Shown in pieces: positions 43,544 to 56,000 of a stretch of DNA of 64,000 nt. This stretch comes from Podarcis tiliguerta. Lineage: Eukaryota. Location of the stretch: NCBI GenBank assembly GCA_965153285.1, contig OZ229119.1. One strand, 5' to 3'. Under the pieces are notes generated by a model. The model made no database searches, was not told the origin of the DNA, and saw only the letters and a program-made list of their open reading frames with translations. A program made the position numbers and the translations under genes. How positions within the stretch are numbered: the first letter of the stretch is position 1; each line of letters starts with the position of its first letter.

Positions 43544-43549
43544 TTTAAT
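43544..43549 (-). terminator. TOMM22 poly(A) signal
   Basis: Minus-strand ATTAAA preceded by TTTTGT, ~550 nt after the TOMM22 stop. Confidence 0.55.
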
Positions 43550-44099
43550 ACAAAAGTGCTCTAGCAAACTTTGATACTAATAGATTCAGCACAGATAAGA
43601 CTTGGCAAAAATGACTTTTCCTGCTTCCCTTATTTTTCAAATATGTAACATTGTAGGGCAAATATCTTTCTTCAAGTAAGAGCTCACTGCATAGAGTCAA
43701 GTGCATTCTAGGTTCTTCTATATGCTGCACATTCTGGCATATTTACTCCATTTCTTGCTGTTACTGCTCTGAAATACAGCTGGAGAAGAACGCAGGGCTA
43801 TTTACACTGACAATTACAGGTTAAAGTTGACCAAATATGACATGTCCTGAGGTGGTTTCCTGGAAGTAAGGCTACCAAAACAGAAGCTTCCAAAGTCTCC
43901 ATAGTTACCTATAATGTTGCTTGAATGGATGGAAAAGTCATGACTGCCTAAAGATTGCAGGAGATCCAGATAGGGGTTCTGCCTTCATTAAGAATAGTTA
44001 ATATCCCAAGGTTATGAGAAAAAAACGCTGGCCTAATCAAACAGTTCAAACAAATGATTTCAATATTTCATTCCACGATATGGGTCCAGTGTAGCTTCA

Positions 44100-47000
44100 T
44101 TAAATCTTTCCAGGAAGAGACGGCAGAGCACCTGGCATCCCTCCAGACAATCCTGTGTTTGGTCCTAATAAAATCTGTTAAGAAATGTGAAAAAGTTTAC
44201 AAATGCTTCAAAAGCAAGAGCAGCATTTTAACTACCGTAGTTTTCGCTCTATAAGACACACCAGACCATAAGATGCACCTAGTTTTTGGAGAAGGAAAAC
44301 AAGAAAAAAAATATTCTGAATCTCAGAAGCCAGAACAACAAGAGGGATCACTGTGCAGCAAAAGCAGTGATCCCTCTTGCTGTTCTGGCTTCTGGGATAG
44401 CTGCACAGCCTGCATTCGCTCCATAAGACGCACACACATTTCCCCTTACTTTTTAGGAGGGAAAAAGTGAGTCTTATAGAGCAAAAAATACGGTACTTAG
44501 CCTACTGGAGGAAGGATTTTCACCTTCCGGTGAATTACCCTCCAGATCTTTTGTAAAACTTAAAAAAGGGAACACAGCATTTCCTACCATTCTGGAATAT
44601 TAGCAATCTCTTCTTAAAACCATGCTGTTGCTGGTGTGGAATTCCAGTACTTAAATACAAGGCTGCATTACAATACAGTCATACCTCATGTTGCGTTAGG
44701 TTCATGTTGCGTCTTTTCAGCTTGCGACGCAGCAAACCTGCGTATATACTTCTGGGTTTCACCATGCACGTGCAGAACTGTTCCGCGCACTATGTGCAAA
44801 AGCGATCATGCTTTGCGCATGCGCAGAAGTGTTCGATCGCGCTGTGCACATGTGCGGAAGAGGTGCTCTAGTTGCGAACTTTTCGGGGTGCAAACAGCAC
44901 CCTGAAACGGATCGTGTCCGCAACCAGAGGTACCACTGTAATAGATTTCTATTTTCATATAAGTGGAAAAGACTGCCCTGATAAAATTAAGTTAATGAAG
45001 TGTAAAGTACTTGAAAACACAGTATTTGTTACATCTGTCATGGTACCATGGTGGTGGTCATTCAGGCAGTGTGAGAAGTGTCAGGTATTTTGTAATTCTA
45101 ATATCTCAATATTCCCCCCCCCCCGGTCAGGTGACCAAAGATGTTCTCTTATATCAATGGTGACATTTCTGATATGCAGCTTTAAGAAATCATACTTTTG
45201 CAGCCATAGTAAAGGAAGAAAACTAACCAGTCATAAATCCATGCCAATAAGAAAAGTAGGGCATGTGTTATTTGTAAATAAAGGAACACATTGTTACTAA
45301 TAAGGGCAGTCAAATGTCATCACTCAGAAGTTTTGCTGTGAGTGGACACAACCATCAGCCGACGTGCTTCTGAAGTCACATAATAGGCAATACCCCAGCC
45401 AAATCTGTGGTGTTTTGTACTCTTTCAGCTGGTTCGGTGCAATTATGGGAAGTACAAAAGCTAGAATTAACATAGAAAGGAAGAGACTATGCAGAAATCT
45501 ACCCCATCTTGCATCAGCAGCTGGGGTGACTGGAAAGTGTTAGGATGATGGAATGCCTGTAAAAGACACTGCGGGAAGTGATTCATCAGGAGAAAAAAAG
45601 TGAAAGAGGTCATGCAGTAAATGAGGGGGGCTATTATTTCATCATATAGCAAAGGTATATGCTACATGAGCAAATGTGCACAAAAAGATACAGATGAAGA
45701 ACAGAATCAAATACAATAAAACTGAACCACTAGATGCTTTGAGACAGGTAATTCTGCAAAGATTCAGGAATTAAATGTACTGCGTGGTGGAGGAAGATTC
45801 ACAGATAAAAGGAGGAACATTCTGAAAAGGATAAGAATCACAGACTTAATAGGCCAAAAAATGCTGTAATTCAGTTCTCACCTGTCGCTGTTGCATCTGC
45901 TGTTGCTGCTCCATTTGCAGTTTCTCAGTTTCAAAAACAACAGGAAGAACTAGGATCATGAAGGAAGTGGTCCCAATCCACAAAGCTGCCCTGGAGAATC
46001 TTTTTTGGGGGGTAGGAGGAGGGGAGAGAAGGTAATAAGTAAAGCTAATGTTTCCAACTTCACTACAATGGAAATGACTTATCCTAAAGATCTCACTGTT
46101 AAGATTGCATTAGACTGTTATTCCAGTTTCAGTACAATCCTATTCATATATACTCCAAGGTAAGCTCCACTTATCTAAACTTATAGGACTTACTCCCTAG
46201 TAAACGGTTATGGGATTGCAGCCTTAAATCCCCTTCCTATGTGAACCTTATAACATGTCTCATCACAATCATATTTTTGCTTCCAAATATAAATACACTC
46301 CCTATAAATATCCATCACAATCTGAAATACCTCCAGGTTTTCTTCCTTAAAACTACCAAGATTCCATTAAAAGACAAAGAATTAGCAAAGGAAGGAACTA
46401 AATGCATAAATAGTGTATAAAGTTTGGTTTTATACCATAATGAAGTTTCCTTAAAGATCATAGGCAACCTGAGTGAAATCCAACATCACACAAACAGCCT
46501 TCTACTCGTGATGCAGCTTTCTGTCATCCACAGCACACTTTAGATCCCAAATCTGTTCTGAAAAGCTCCCCAACCCTCCAGAGCAAACTTGAGCATGCAG
46601 AGACTACAACAGGAAGGGGAAATCCTCTTCTGCTCACAGAAGTTTGTTCATGAATGGACATAACTGGATATCGCTTCAAAAGAAAAACCTTTCCTCCTCA
46701 ACTCACTAAGAATGTGTTTTTTTGGGGGGAGGGGAGTTAAATACATGGATTGATCTTTGTGGGAACATTTCCAACCCTCACAAAATTTGAAACACCTGGA
46801 AGAGCAACATTTTAATTTTAATCATTAGCAGCCAAAAGCGGTTCGTTATATATACCTATCTCAGGATAATACTTCATACATCTGACAAAATGAACTTTAG
46901 TCCCTGAAAGTTTTGGCTATAAAAAGCTTGTTATTTTTTAAAGCATCATAGGATTCTTTGTTTTTGCTGCAAAAGACTTACAAAGATATTCCTCTGGAAA

Positions 47001-48676
47001 TTATTTTACTCGAGGTCTTAAAAGAATATAATTATATTTCAAGCAAATCACTGATTCACAATCTTTTATTAGCAATAATTTTGGTTTCTTCTGAATGGAA
47101 ACTTCTTAGTATGTATTCTATTTCAGAATGATTAAGAAAATATGATCATGACTACATTAAAAAAGAGCAAAATGAGAATATAAATTCTATTTAACAGGGT
47201 TATTTTGTGTCCACAACCTGAGAAATTTATATTTATATTTGATGACAAATTGTTTGGTGTAGTACAGCCTTGCATTTATTATTCATGTCTATATGGAGTA
47301 TGTGTGTGTAATACGAGAGTTTAAAGAGAGAACAAAAGGAAAATTACCATTTCATGGAATAAAGGGCCCAAGCCATTTGACTACAAGGTCTCTGTTTAGT
47401 TGAACTACTATAACTGAATTATGAGTGCTATATTTCTGAGCATACTCAAAATAGTTCTCTAGAACTTCACTCTCACAAGTAAATATAGAACCCCTTTTCT
47501 CCCCAACTACAGATATCACAATTATCTCAATTATTTATGATCAATTCCATGTCAATGGCTCCTTACAGGCAAAGGGTTTTTTTTAATATTTAATTTACAT
47601 TCATTTCTCAGCCTTTTCTTCATTAAAGCTTGAATATGCATGGTACATTCTCAACTGCTTGACCATCATTATCCAAACAGCATACAATGGATCATTTCTA
47701 TCCTCACACTAAAAACACACACATCTAGAGTTCTGAATTAAGAAGTCTAAGTATTCTCAGTGGCTGTCTGTCCAACTTAAGAAACGCAAAACACCACCAA
47801 CTCCCTAACAATTCTCCATCCCTTTGGTGGCTGAAGGAGCCAGCCACTTCACTGAGAAGGGCTACCTTAACCACCCACAAACCACAAGTCTTGCGAGGCA
47901 TAGCTAAGTGGCCACCTGCGCATGGTATCTAAGGACCAGGGACCAAGGGGCTTGGGTCCTCACTTCCCATTTCCCCCTCCTCACCTGTACATTTTCTGGG
48001 CTACAGAAAGAGACACGCCGAAGGTAGCTCCAGCCGCCGATCGGACGCTTTCCGGGAACATCTCTGTCAAGCCCCAGAGCCTCTCTGCTAGCGTCTCGTC
48101 CAGCTGCAAAGGTGGAAAGGAGAGATGAGGGCGGGAGCCCCACAAAACAAGACCTGCCCCCTAAACCCGGACCCCGTTAACACTGAAAGAGCCCTGCTGA
48201 ATGGGAACAAAGGCCGATCTAGTCCGGAGCTTCGTTCTCAGCAGCGGCCAGCCAGATGCCAATTATTATTATTATTATAACCCGGGGAGCCCTCCTGCAA
48301 GGAGAAACCTCAGCAGGCACCAATCCACGCTCCCAGCAGCACCGCCCCTCCGTCGAGCCCCCTCCCCCTCCCGGCTCGCGCAAGGGCCCCTCCAGAAAAC
48401 ACACAGAGAAGACGCTTCCCGCGCTGCTCCTCCTCCTCCTCCCGCGTCTCCTGGCCGGGGCTTCAGCTCACTCGAGCTCCCCGCCTGGGCCCAAGGCAGG
48501 GCCGACTCCAGAGAGGGGTCACCTCCTCGCACATGGCCGCCCGGCCAAGCTCCGGCAGGGGCTGGCTTTACCTCGTCGTCGTCGTCCTCCACCTCCTCTT
48601 CCAGCAATTCGTCCTTGCCCGCCGCGGACTTGGGCAGCAGCAGGTCCTCCGGGGAAAGGGGCATCGCGGCGGCCAT
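44100..48676 (-). CDS. TOMM22: Mitochondrial import receptor subunit TOM22, complete, 138 aa
   Basis: Exons 48676-48572, 48103-47985, 45999-45882 and 44174-44100 (417 nt): MAAAMPLSPEDLLLPK...EEEVEDDDDE|LDETLAERLWGLTEMFPE...|RFSRAALWIGTTSFMILVLPVVFETEKLQMEQQQQMQQRQ|ILLGPNTGLSGGMPGALPSLPGKI*. Confidence 0.97.
44235..44493. mobile_element. 259-bp Tc2-like MITE in TOMM22 intron 3
   Basis: Same length and nearly the same sequence as 20709-20967; TA flanks at 44233-44234 and 44494-44495. Confidence 0.85.
44676..44938. mobile_element. 263-bp Tigger/pogo-like MITE
   Basis: TA|CAGTCATACCTCATGTTGCG...CGCAACCAGAGGTACCACTG|TA; internal TGCGCATGCGCA-type repeats. Confidence 0.75.
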
Positions 48677-48870
48677 GACTGCAACGAGGGGAGGGCAGGC
48701 AACGACGAGGCAGGCTGCCGGCAGCGGAGAGCGAGCGTCGCCGGAAGCGGAAGGAGAGGGAGAGCGGAAGCGCGCGGGCTGTGCTCTGCCGCTGCGCAGC
48801 GACACCCAGCGGACGGGAGGAAGAGGTTGAAAAGGCAACGCGGGGCTCGCTTGTTGTCGCGCAAAGGCAA
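48280..48870 (-). promoter_or_regulatory. CpG island promoter of TOMM22 with tandem ETS/GABP sites
   Basis: CpG-rich; (C)CGGAAG at 48741, 48748 and 48765. Tandem GABP sites are typical of nuclear-encoded mitochondrial genes. Confidence 0.7.
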
Positions 48871-49001
48871 CTCCTTCCTCTCTGAGCTGAATTGTATTTA
48901 TTTGTGGGATGTTGCAGCGTATTCTCGCCTTACGGCCAGAGGAGTGGTTCTGCTTATGGTGCTGGTCAGCCAGCCCACTCCCCCCGGCAGGAAATTTTAA
49001 G

Positions 49002-49120
49002 GCAGGGACATTGTAAGATGTGGTGGCCCCCTCCAGATGTTGATGCACTACAAATCCCATCATCCCTGACTATGGGCCTGTGTTGGCTGGGGCTGAGTCC
49101 AGCAACATCTGGAGGCCACC
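49002..49120. mobile_element. Short palindromic MITE (high-copy family; relatives at ~3445-3550, 4653-4762, 15460-15563, 28900-29005)
   Basis: Inverted arms ccctccagatgttg...ctacaaatcccatcatccc / ...gtccagcaacatctggagg recur through the window. Confidence 0.55.
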
Positions 49121-49688
49121 ACAATGGCCGCCTCTGCAACAGGATGCAAAGAGATCTGGAAGGGGATTTCCCTCTTTCCGACAGTCCGACTCCATCTCTC
49201 TTTCATTTTTCCAATGACATTCAGGATCCCGTGCTCAGTCTTCTTGGGCAGATGTGTTTGTTTTTCTGACCTCTGAGGCTCTGGTGCTTTTTAAGTTGAA
49301 GAGCTCCCGTCCGCCCACTAGTAAAGCAGGCCCTTTTATTCACACACAGAGAGAACACAAAATTCCAGAAGGCAAACAAAGATTTATTCTAAAGAGAGTA
49401 TATCCTGAAGAATGGGGCTTTTGCACTTCCAAAGGGGTAAATAATATGGTAGGTAAACATGTGTGTGCATGTAAATATATATAGCATCCATGTTTTCAGG
49501 GTGCTTTTTAAAAATTATTATTATTTATATAGGATTAATACTTTTCTCAGGAGTTAATCTTGAGGAGGGCCAGATTTCTTTTGAACTTGGACAATGTCCC
49601 TTAAAACACCACCCAGAGTAGAGTAATGGGCTATGTAATAAAACAAATACACAAGTCAACACTGCAGCAATAGAAACACTGTAATGAC

Positions 49689-49694
49689 TTTATT
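49689..49694 (-). terminator. CBY1 poly(A) signal
   Basis: Minus-strand AATAAA with downstream GU-rich sequence, ~1.2 kb after the CBY1 stop. Confidence 0.6.
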
Positions 49695-50866
49695 TTTAAA
49701 GTATAAAAATAGATTTATACAACAATTCAACTCAACATTTAACTTACAGTGGCCTGAATGGAACTGGTGGCTGTACAAAGAATTGCCTGAAGAATTGTTT
49801 TTTACCAAGACAAGGAAGAAGGTAGAATGCACACGGAATTCATGGAGTGTTATAGAACTCTGATACATCATGAAGGAGAGGGATAAAAATGGAAGAGAAC
49901 CAGTTGTTCAATGTGGAGTTTTGTCATACTAATAAGGCAATACAGCACATCACTGGGCTGGCGTGGGAAAGGAAGAGATAAAATAACATATAGGACAGAG
50001 GTCTCATGCTTCCCGGTACATCACTGTACTGTGGCTGTGAACTCAAGCTGCTCTGCAAAGGAAAAATAGGTCACCTCAAAACACGGTGACATCAGGTAAT
50101 TGACATGTGGGTGAACTAAGGATCTGAACCACTATGCTGAAAAGGTCCCTCCCCCGCATGGTGTGTCAGTCAGCTTTAGAGTTTAGGCCACTGCTATTCA
50201 GAATGACTGTGAGCCAACTAAAACATGTAACTTCCCACATTGTTCACTGTCATCTCCAATTATCAAAGGTTTCCCTCACTAACATATATTGCAGGCCTAT
50301 AAGGGTAAGGGCCCAGGATGCTGCCTATCCCCAGTGGTGTCTGTATCGGCTCCCTGGCTCAGGTTCAGGACCTTACTTTTCCAGAGAATTTTGTGTCCCA
50401 AAGATAAGAAACAGCCAATTGAAAAGCATTTCTGAAACATGTTAAGAGAGAGACAGCAAGAGTATGTAAGTATATGTTGCAAGCAGTTTCTCCCTTTTTC
50501 TTTTGCTCTCCCCACACCCCACGATCTTGATTGCCTTCTTGGGTGGGTGGGAAGAGACGCTTATTAACTACAAACCACTACCTGCTACTGATTAAATTAA
50601 ATGTATATTGCGGAAATATGTTAAGAGCACTTGGATAGAAGCTCCATTAGGGAAGAAGAAAAGTAGGACAGCTGCTTTCTGACAGCACTGTAGAACTTAA
50701 TAGTATTTCACATTTGGAGTCCTGGCTGGATATCCAGCAACATAAGGTCACAACAACAAATGTCTTCCAAGGCAGGTGTGGCTTCCTAAGTTCCTTGCAG
50801 TGGATGGTTTTAACCATATCCTCTTGCTCTTCCCTCTTCCACCTCTTAGAGCCCCTCACATCCAGT

Positions 50867-53564
50867 TCACTTCCTCTTTCGGCTATAATTTTTCAGTTCC
50901 TCCATCTCTTTCTGCATGAGGTGAGACTCTGCAGTTGTCTCAGAGAGCTACAAATAAAAGGAAGAAATGGCATTTGTTTTCCCATGTTGTTTTAGTGCTG
51001 GTAACCCTTAAAAACAAGTACGTTTGTTTGCTTCTCTCTAAAGCAGTGGATTTCAAACTACAAATCCAGAGGGAATTCCTTCTACATCATATCATCTTCC
51101 ATTAACTTCTGCCTATTGCAGATGATTCTGGGACTTGTTATGAGGCACATTCACAATGAATGGCCAGCACCAGTCCTCTGGAATGCATTTCATATTCCTT
51201 ATGAACCTAGGCTTTGTGGGGGAAATCAATAGAATAATATTGGAAAAGCTCTTTTCTGGGCAACCGTGCTGCCACTGCCTATCTTCTCGTAAAAGGAACC
51301 CAGGGTTCTCAATAAGATCATGAAGTGTTCTGGAGCCTGGTTTGACTCCCACGAGACATTGACCCACTGTGTCACCATTGTCATTCCCCTGGTTTTGTAT
51401 CAAGTAGAAAAATTAATGCAGATATCAAAGACATATTGATGCACAGAGGTGAGTGAATCACATTCTCACCATATCCAACAAAATGTCAATTTTCAGCTGT
51501 AGGAGATTGTTCTCTTCCTCCAGCTGCTGGATCCGTTTCCGAAGGCGGTTTGTCTCCCTGCGGTCCCCGGTGTCCCCAAATGATTCTAGGAGAGAGAAAG
51601 TGGTCAGTACTAGAATCACCTTGCAATCACAGAAAAGTGTCAAAACTTCACAACTATAGCCTGCTCCTTGGGAAAAAGGCGATGGCAAACCTAGACAGCA
51701 TCTTAAAAAGCAGAGACATCACCTTGCCAACAAAGGTCCGTATAGTAAAAGCTATGGTTTTCCCAGTAGTGATGTATGGAAGTGAGAGCTGGACCATAAA
51801 GAAGGCTGATCGCCGAAGAATTGATGCTTTTGAATTATGGTGCTGGAGGAGACTCTTGAGAATCCCATGGACTGCAAGAAGATCAAACGCATCCATTCTT
51901 AAGGAAATCAGCCCTGAGTGCTCACTGGAAGGACAGATCGTGAAGCTGAGGCTCCAATACTTTGGCCACCTCATGAGAAGAGAAGACTCCCTGTAAAAGA
52001 CCCTGATGTTGGGAAAGACTTAGGGCACAAGGAGAAGGGGACGACAGAGGACGAGATGGTTGGACAGTGTTCTCGAAGCTACCAACATGAGTTTGACCAA
52101 ACTGCGGGAGGCAGTGGAAGACAGGAGTGCCTGGCGTGCTCTGGTCCATGGGGTCACAAAGAGTCGGACACGACTAAACGACTAAACAACAACAACATAG
52201 CCCTCTAGCAGCTCTGAGAAACAATTGCATTAGCTAGATGGAATCCAACACGGTCAATGTGCTGACATCTTGGTGTACCTTTAAGATGCCCTACTAAATG
52301 TCCTCCCCAAGAAGAGTGTCAGTAGCCTTGTGATATGAATGACCATTGGTGAACCATGCACACCCACCCACTGAAGCTGGCATCTTCACCTAGTCAGACC
52401 CAGACTACAGCACAAATACCACTCCTGACACAAGGCCGGAAACCAGAACCAACATCAACACTACAGTACTAATATTTGCCAGAATGCATCAAATAAGGGG
52501 GTATGGAGGACAATGGGAGTACAGACTCAGTATGGCTGGGGATTATTGCAAGAGTTGTATCTTCTGAGGAACAGGATGAGGCCACTGAGAACCTGATAAG
52601 GATTGCTTTTGGATTATGGCCAATGGGTTTAGTGTTCTCTCTCACCTGCTATCCACTGGCCATTCTCAAACCTCATACTCTGTCCAGTAAGGGTCATGAC
52701 AGGAGTGCCATACTCCAGGCCTAGCTCAATCTCCCGGCTTGATCTATCCAGCTGTAGGAGGAAAATGGACACAACGTTTTGTTTTCATTCTCCTCAACTC
52801 AACTATACAAAAGATAAGAGTCATATTCATTGTTCTGTCCACTTTGATCTTGCCCAAAACTGGCATGTGGCCCTCAAAAGGTTCCCCACAGGGGCCCTTG
52901 GGTTGAATAATATTCCCCATCCCTGGTTTTGTTAATCCAAGATTTTACCTGCTAAAACAGTGGTACGGGGGACAGACACACGGTGTAACAAAGATGCATG
53001 GTTTATTTGTTTTTAAAAGACAATTGCAATAGTTATGCTTCAGACCTTCCACTCAAAAAAATCAGAGCTATTCTAAGTGTTGGTACTCCTTGCTTGTAAA
53101 TTAGAGGTCTTAATAAGTTGCCTGTGTAGTTGCTCCTGTTGTGTAGCTGCTTAAGAGTTTTGTGTCAGAATTGATGGGGTTGTATCCTATGCTAGTCCTG
53201 CTCAAAACAGACCTTTTGAAGTGAATGGCAATGACTAACTTAATTTCAAATCTACACTGAGCACGACTGTATAAAACCCATGGTCTGTAGTATTTATGGA
53301 TTTCTATGGGCAGCACACTCCAGTCTATGATACATTCTGTGTGCAGCATATGGCTGTGACTGGCTCTGCCTCTCTAGTTTCCAAGGCACTATTTTGTGAC
53401 TGACTGTAGCTGGGGGACCCTGGGACTCTATTTTTAAAAAGGGGAGAATTAGGTCCCAGAAACCTGTTTTAGGTTCCAGAACTTACCATGTGCAAATTGG
53501 AAAGTGAGGCTGATTTCCTGGGCGGGGTTTTCTTTGGACTGAATGTGTTTCCAAAGAGCGGCAT
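50867..53564 (-). CDS. CBY1: Protein chibby homolog 1, complete, 126 aa
   Basis: Exons 53564-53487, 52751-52646, 51585-51470 and 50947-50867 (381 nt): MPLFGNTFSPKKTPPRKSASLSNLHM|LDRSSREIELGLEYG...FENGQWIA|...IQQLEEENNLLQLKIDILLDM|LSETTAESHLMQKEMEELKNYSRKRK*. Confidence 0.97.
51662..52196 (+). mobile_element. 5'-truncated BovB/RTE LINE, antisense within a CBY1 intron
   Basis: Encodes LLGKKAMANLDSILKSRDITLPTKVRIVKAMVFPVVMYGSESWTIKKADRRRIDAFELWCWRRLLRIPW (RTE/BovB ORF C-terminal part), premature TAA at 51994, (CAA)n tail, possible TSD ATAGCC. Confidence 0.92.
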
Positions 53565-54939
53565 GGCTTCCTCACTTAAAAGCTTGTTAGAATTGTTCTG
53601 GTTGCCTGAAATAAGAAGGAAGCAAAAGAAACAAAAGACCATTACCTCATGACCTCATCACTGTGCACAACATTAAGAGGCTGTGAGTCAGAGCAGATTG
53701 GCCTACTTAGTGTCATCAAAATAGTGAGAACAACAACTGTCATTTTCCAGAAACAAGTTTCTAGTTCTCATGGATCTGGAGACAGTCAAAACATTTACAG
53801 CTCCCCCAGCCTAACCTTTTTTAAAAGAAAAATGATTGGTAATTTTTAAAAAATAACATTTCTGCTATGGGCTTCTTCTTAGGCTACTAAATACACTAAG
53901 TATTTTGTGTGGAATTGCCACCCTATTCCAGATTGTAATTTGTTTTAACTGTTTTTAATAATTAATTTTAAATTGTTGTAACCAGTCCTGGGATCTAATT
54001 ATGAAAGGTGGGTAATGAATTTAATAAATAATAATAATAATACCTTATGCATTCATATTTTTAGGAGGGATTACAAACAGTGTTGTCATCCATATGTAAT
54101 CCTCCCTTTATTCCAATCACCAAAAAAAATAAAAAAATGCAAGGGGAATAGGGGAGGCAGAATGGTTGCACACTCTCCACAGGTCTGGTGGATCTTAGCA
54201 CTAATCTGTCTGTTTAGTTTTATCTGTCTGTTTAGTTTTAACTTAGTTTTATTGGGCTGAGGGGAAACATCCCATTTAAGAGAACATAAAGTGACAGAAT
54301 AACAAATATTATCTGCAAACCCAAAATTAGACTAATCCATCACCATCTTTCACATATTTGAAATCATCAGATCAGGTCATTCAATCTGCTTTTGTGTGTG
54401 CATGGTTTGGGAAATATCAGTTGTAGCAAAAGATTAGAATACTTGAAAAATAAAAAAGGGTTATCATATCCTATTCCTTTCTCTGCTCATTACTGCCCTT
54501 AACAACAAGCCTGCAAAGTGCCATAATCTATTCCTCAAAATTATCTCCATGTTGGAACTAATATTGAAACAATGAAATCTGTTGTCATTGCTTCTGCTTC
54601 ACCAAAGTCAGACTTGGAGGTTTAGCTGCACAATGAGTGTGATCAGGCACAATATCTTAAACTGAATCTTGTAAAAGGTGGTTTTCATTATTTATGTAAA
54701 TATGTGAGAGACCCTTTGAAGCCATGCCTAGCATTACTGGATTCATCTAAGGAGAGTGTGGAAATGAATCACCACGTAGCTGGGAATACAAGTATTTTCC
54801 ACCCACCTCTTACACACACTCACACAACTTTAGCAGATGCACCGCTATGCAAAAAATCAACAGGTGCAGCTCATCACTGCAGCTCCATCTTTAGGAAAGC
54901 TGCACCTGTTGAATATCTGCCTGAACTACAGCTTGGTTT

Positions 54940-56000
54940 AAAAGCTCTCTCGGGCCGGCAAGTGGCAACCTTAGCGGCACTTTAAGTGCCGAGACCCCTA
55001 ACTAACCCCAACAAAATCCTGACTCTGGTTATAGTGGGAGCTTAATACTCTGAATCCCATTGTTCAGGGGGCAGATCGAGACCGCAGCAGATAAAGCAGC
55101 GGGGGGGGGGGGGAGTCGAGAGTCGCTGCCGTCCTAAACCCGCCAAGTGGCTTCACCCCAGCATCGCGCACCCACAACCGTGGAGCTCCTCACCCAACAG
55201 ATGCACAACACACCTCCGCACCCCGGTTGTGTCCTCCGAGGTGAATTGCGCATGCGCACTCTTTGGAGCTTCGCGACTTGCGGTAGCCGAGAAACGCACA
55301 GCGGGCGGAACCACCCCAGGAAAGAAATCGAAAATTCCACAAGACAGAGGAGGGGGCACACGCATTTCATTTTAAATACATAGAGTGAGGGAATTTTTTT
55401 AAAAATTGCTCAAAATAAGTAAAATGCCCTGTGTCTGGAGGAAGCTTGTGAAAATATCAGAAAATGCACCCCTCCTCTTTTCGTGTCATGGTTGTATCCC
55501 AAACCGCCGGGAAAGGCGGATCGAAGGGCAGCCTCGCGGACGGGACCGTACCATTGTTTATAAAAGGCGAGGGGGGAGAGAAAAGAGTTTTGGCCGAGTT
55601 GTAAAATTACGTTAACAGTGTTATCCCTCGGGAACAGAGCTCGTGAGCGAATTGCATCTCACACGCAGATTCGCCAGTCATAGTCGGCATCTAATGCTAT
55701 CTTTTAGAGATGCATAAAGGGTCAAGAAATAAATGGTTTGCTCCGAGTAGTTGCCACGGTGACGGAAGAACGCTCAGGGAGGAGGACATAAAAGGGCCTA
55801 TTGTGGGCGTGGTCGGCAGAGACTCCGGCGGGATTGGAGTGGTAAGGAGTGCTTCTCATATCGGCCCTATTAGGGTCCAGAAGAAACAAACAGGGTCCCA
55901 CAGCTGTGTGGGCAAAGAGGTGCCTCTTCCTGCCCTTTCAGCCCGGTGCGTATGGGCGCCCTTGTTACTGCGATGCCATGTAACACCCGAATAAGTTGGG
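54940..56000. promoter_or_regulatory. Bidirectional CpG promoter shared by CBY1 (-) and FAM227A (+)
   Basis: CpG-rich; NRF1 palindrome TGCGCATGCGCA 55247-55258; RFX X-box-like GTTGCCACGGTGAC 55750-55763; candidate CBY1 exon-1 donor TGG|GTGAGG at 55194/55193. Confidence 0.7.

Noticed and set aside
48201-49063. Long ORFs of 209 aa (+) and 262 aa (-) at TOMM22
   Set aside because: Products of a stop-poor CpG island; only 48676-48572 is TOMM22 exon 1, bounded by a GT donor.
51550-51996. 148-aa ORF as a host gene
   Set aside because: It is a truncated BovB ORF piece with premature stops.
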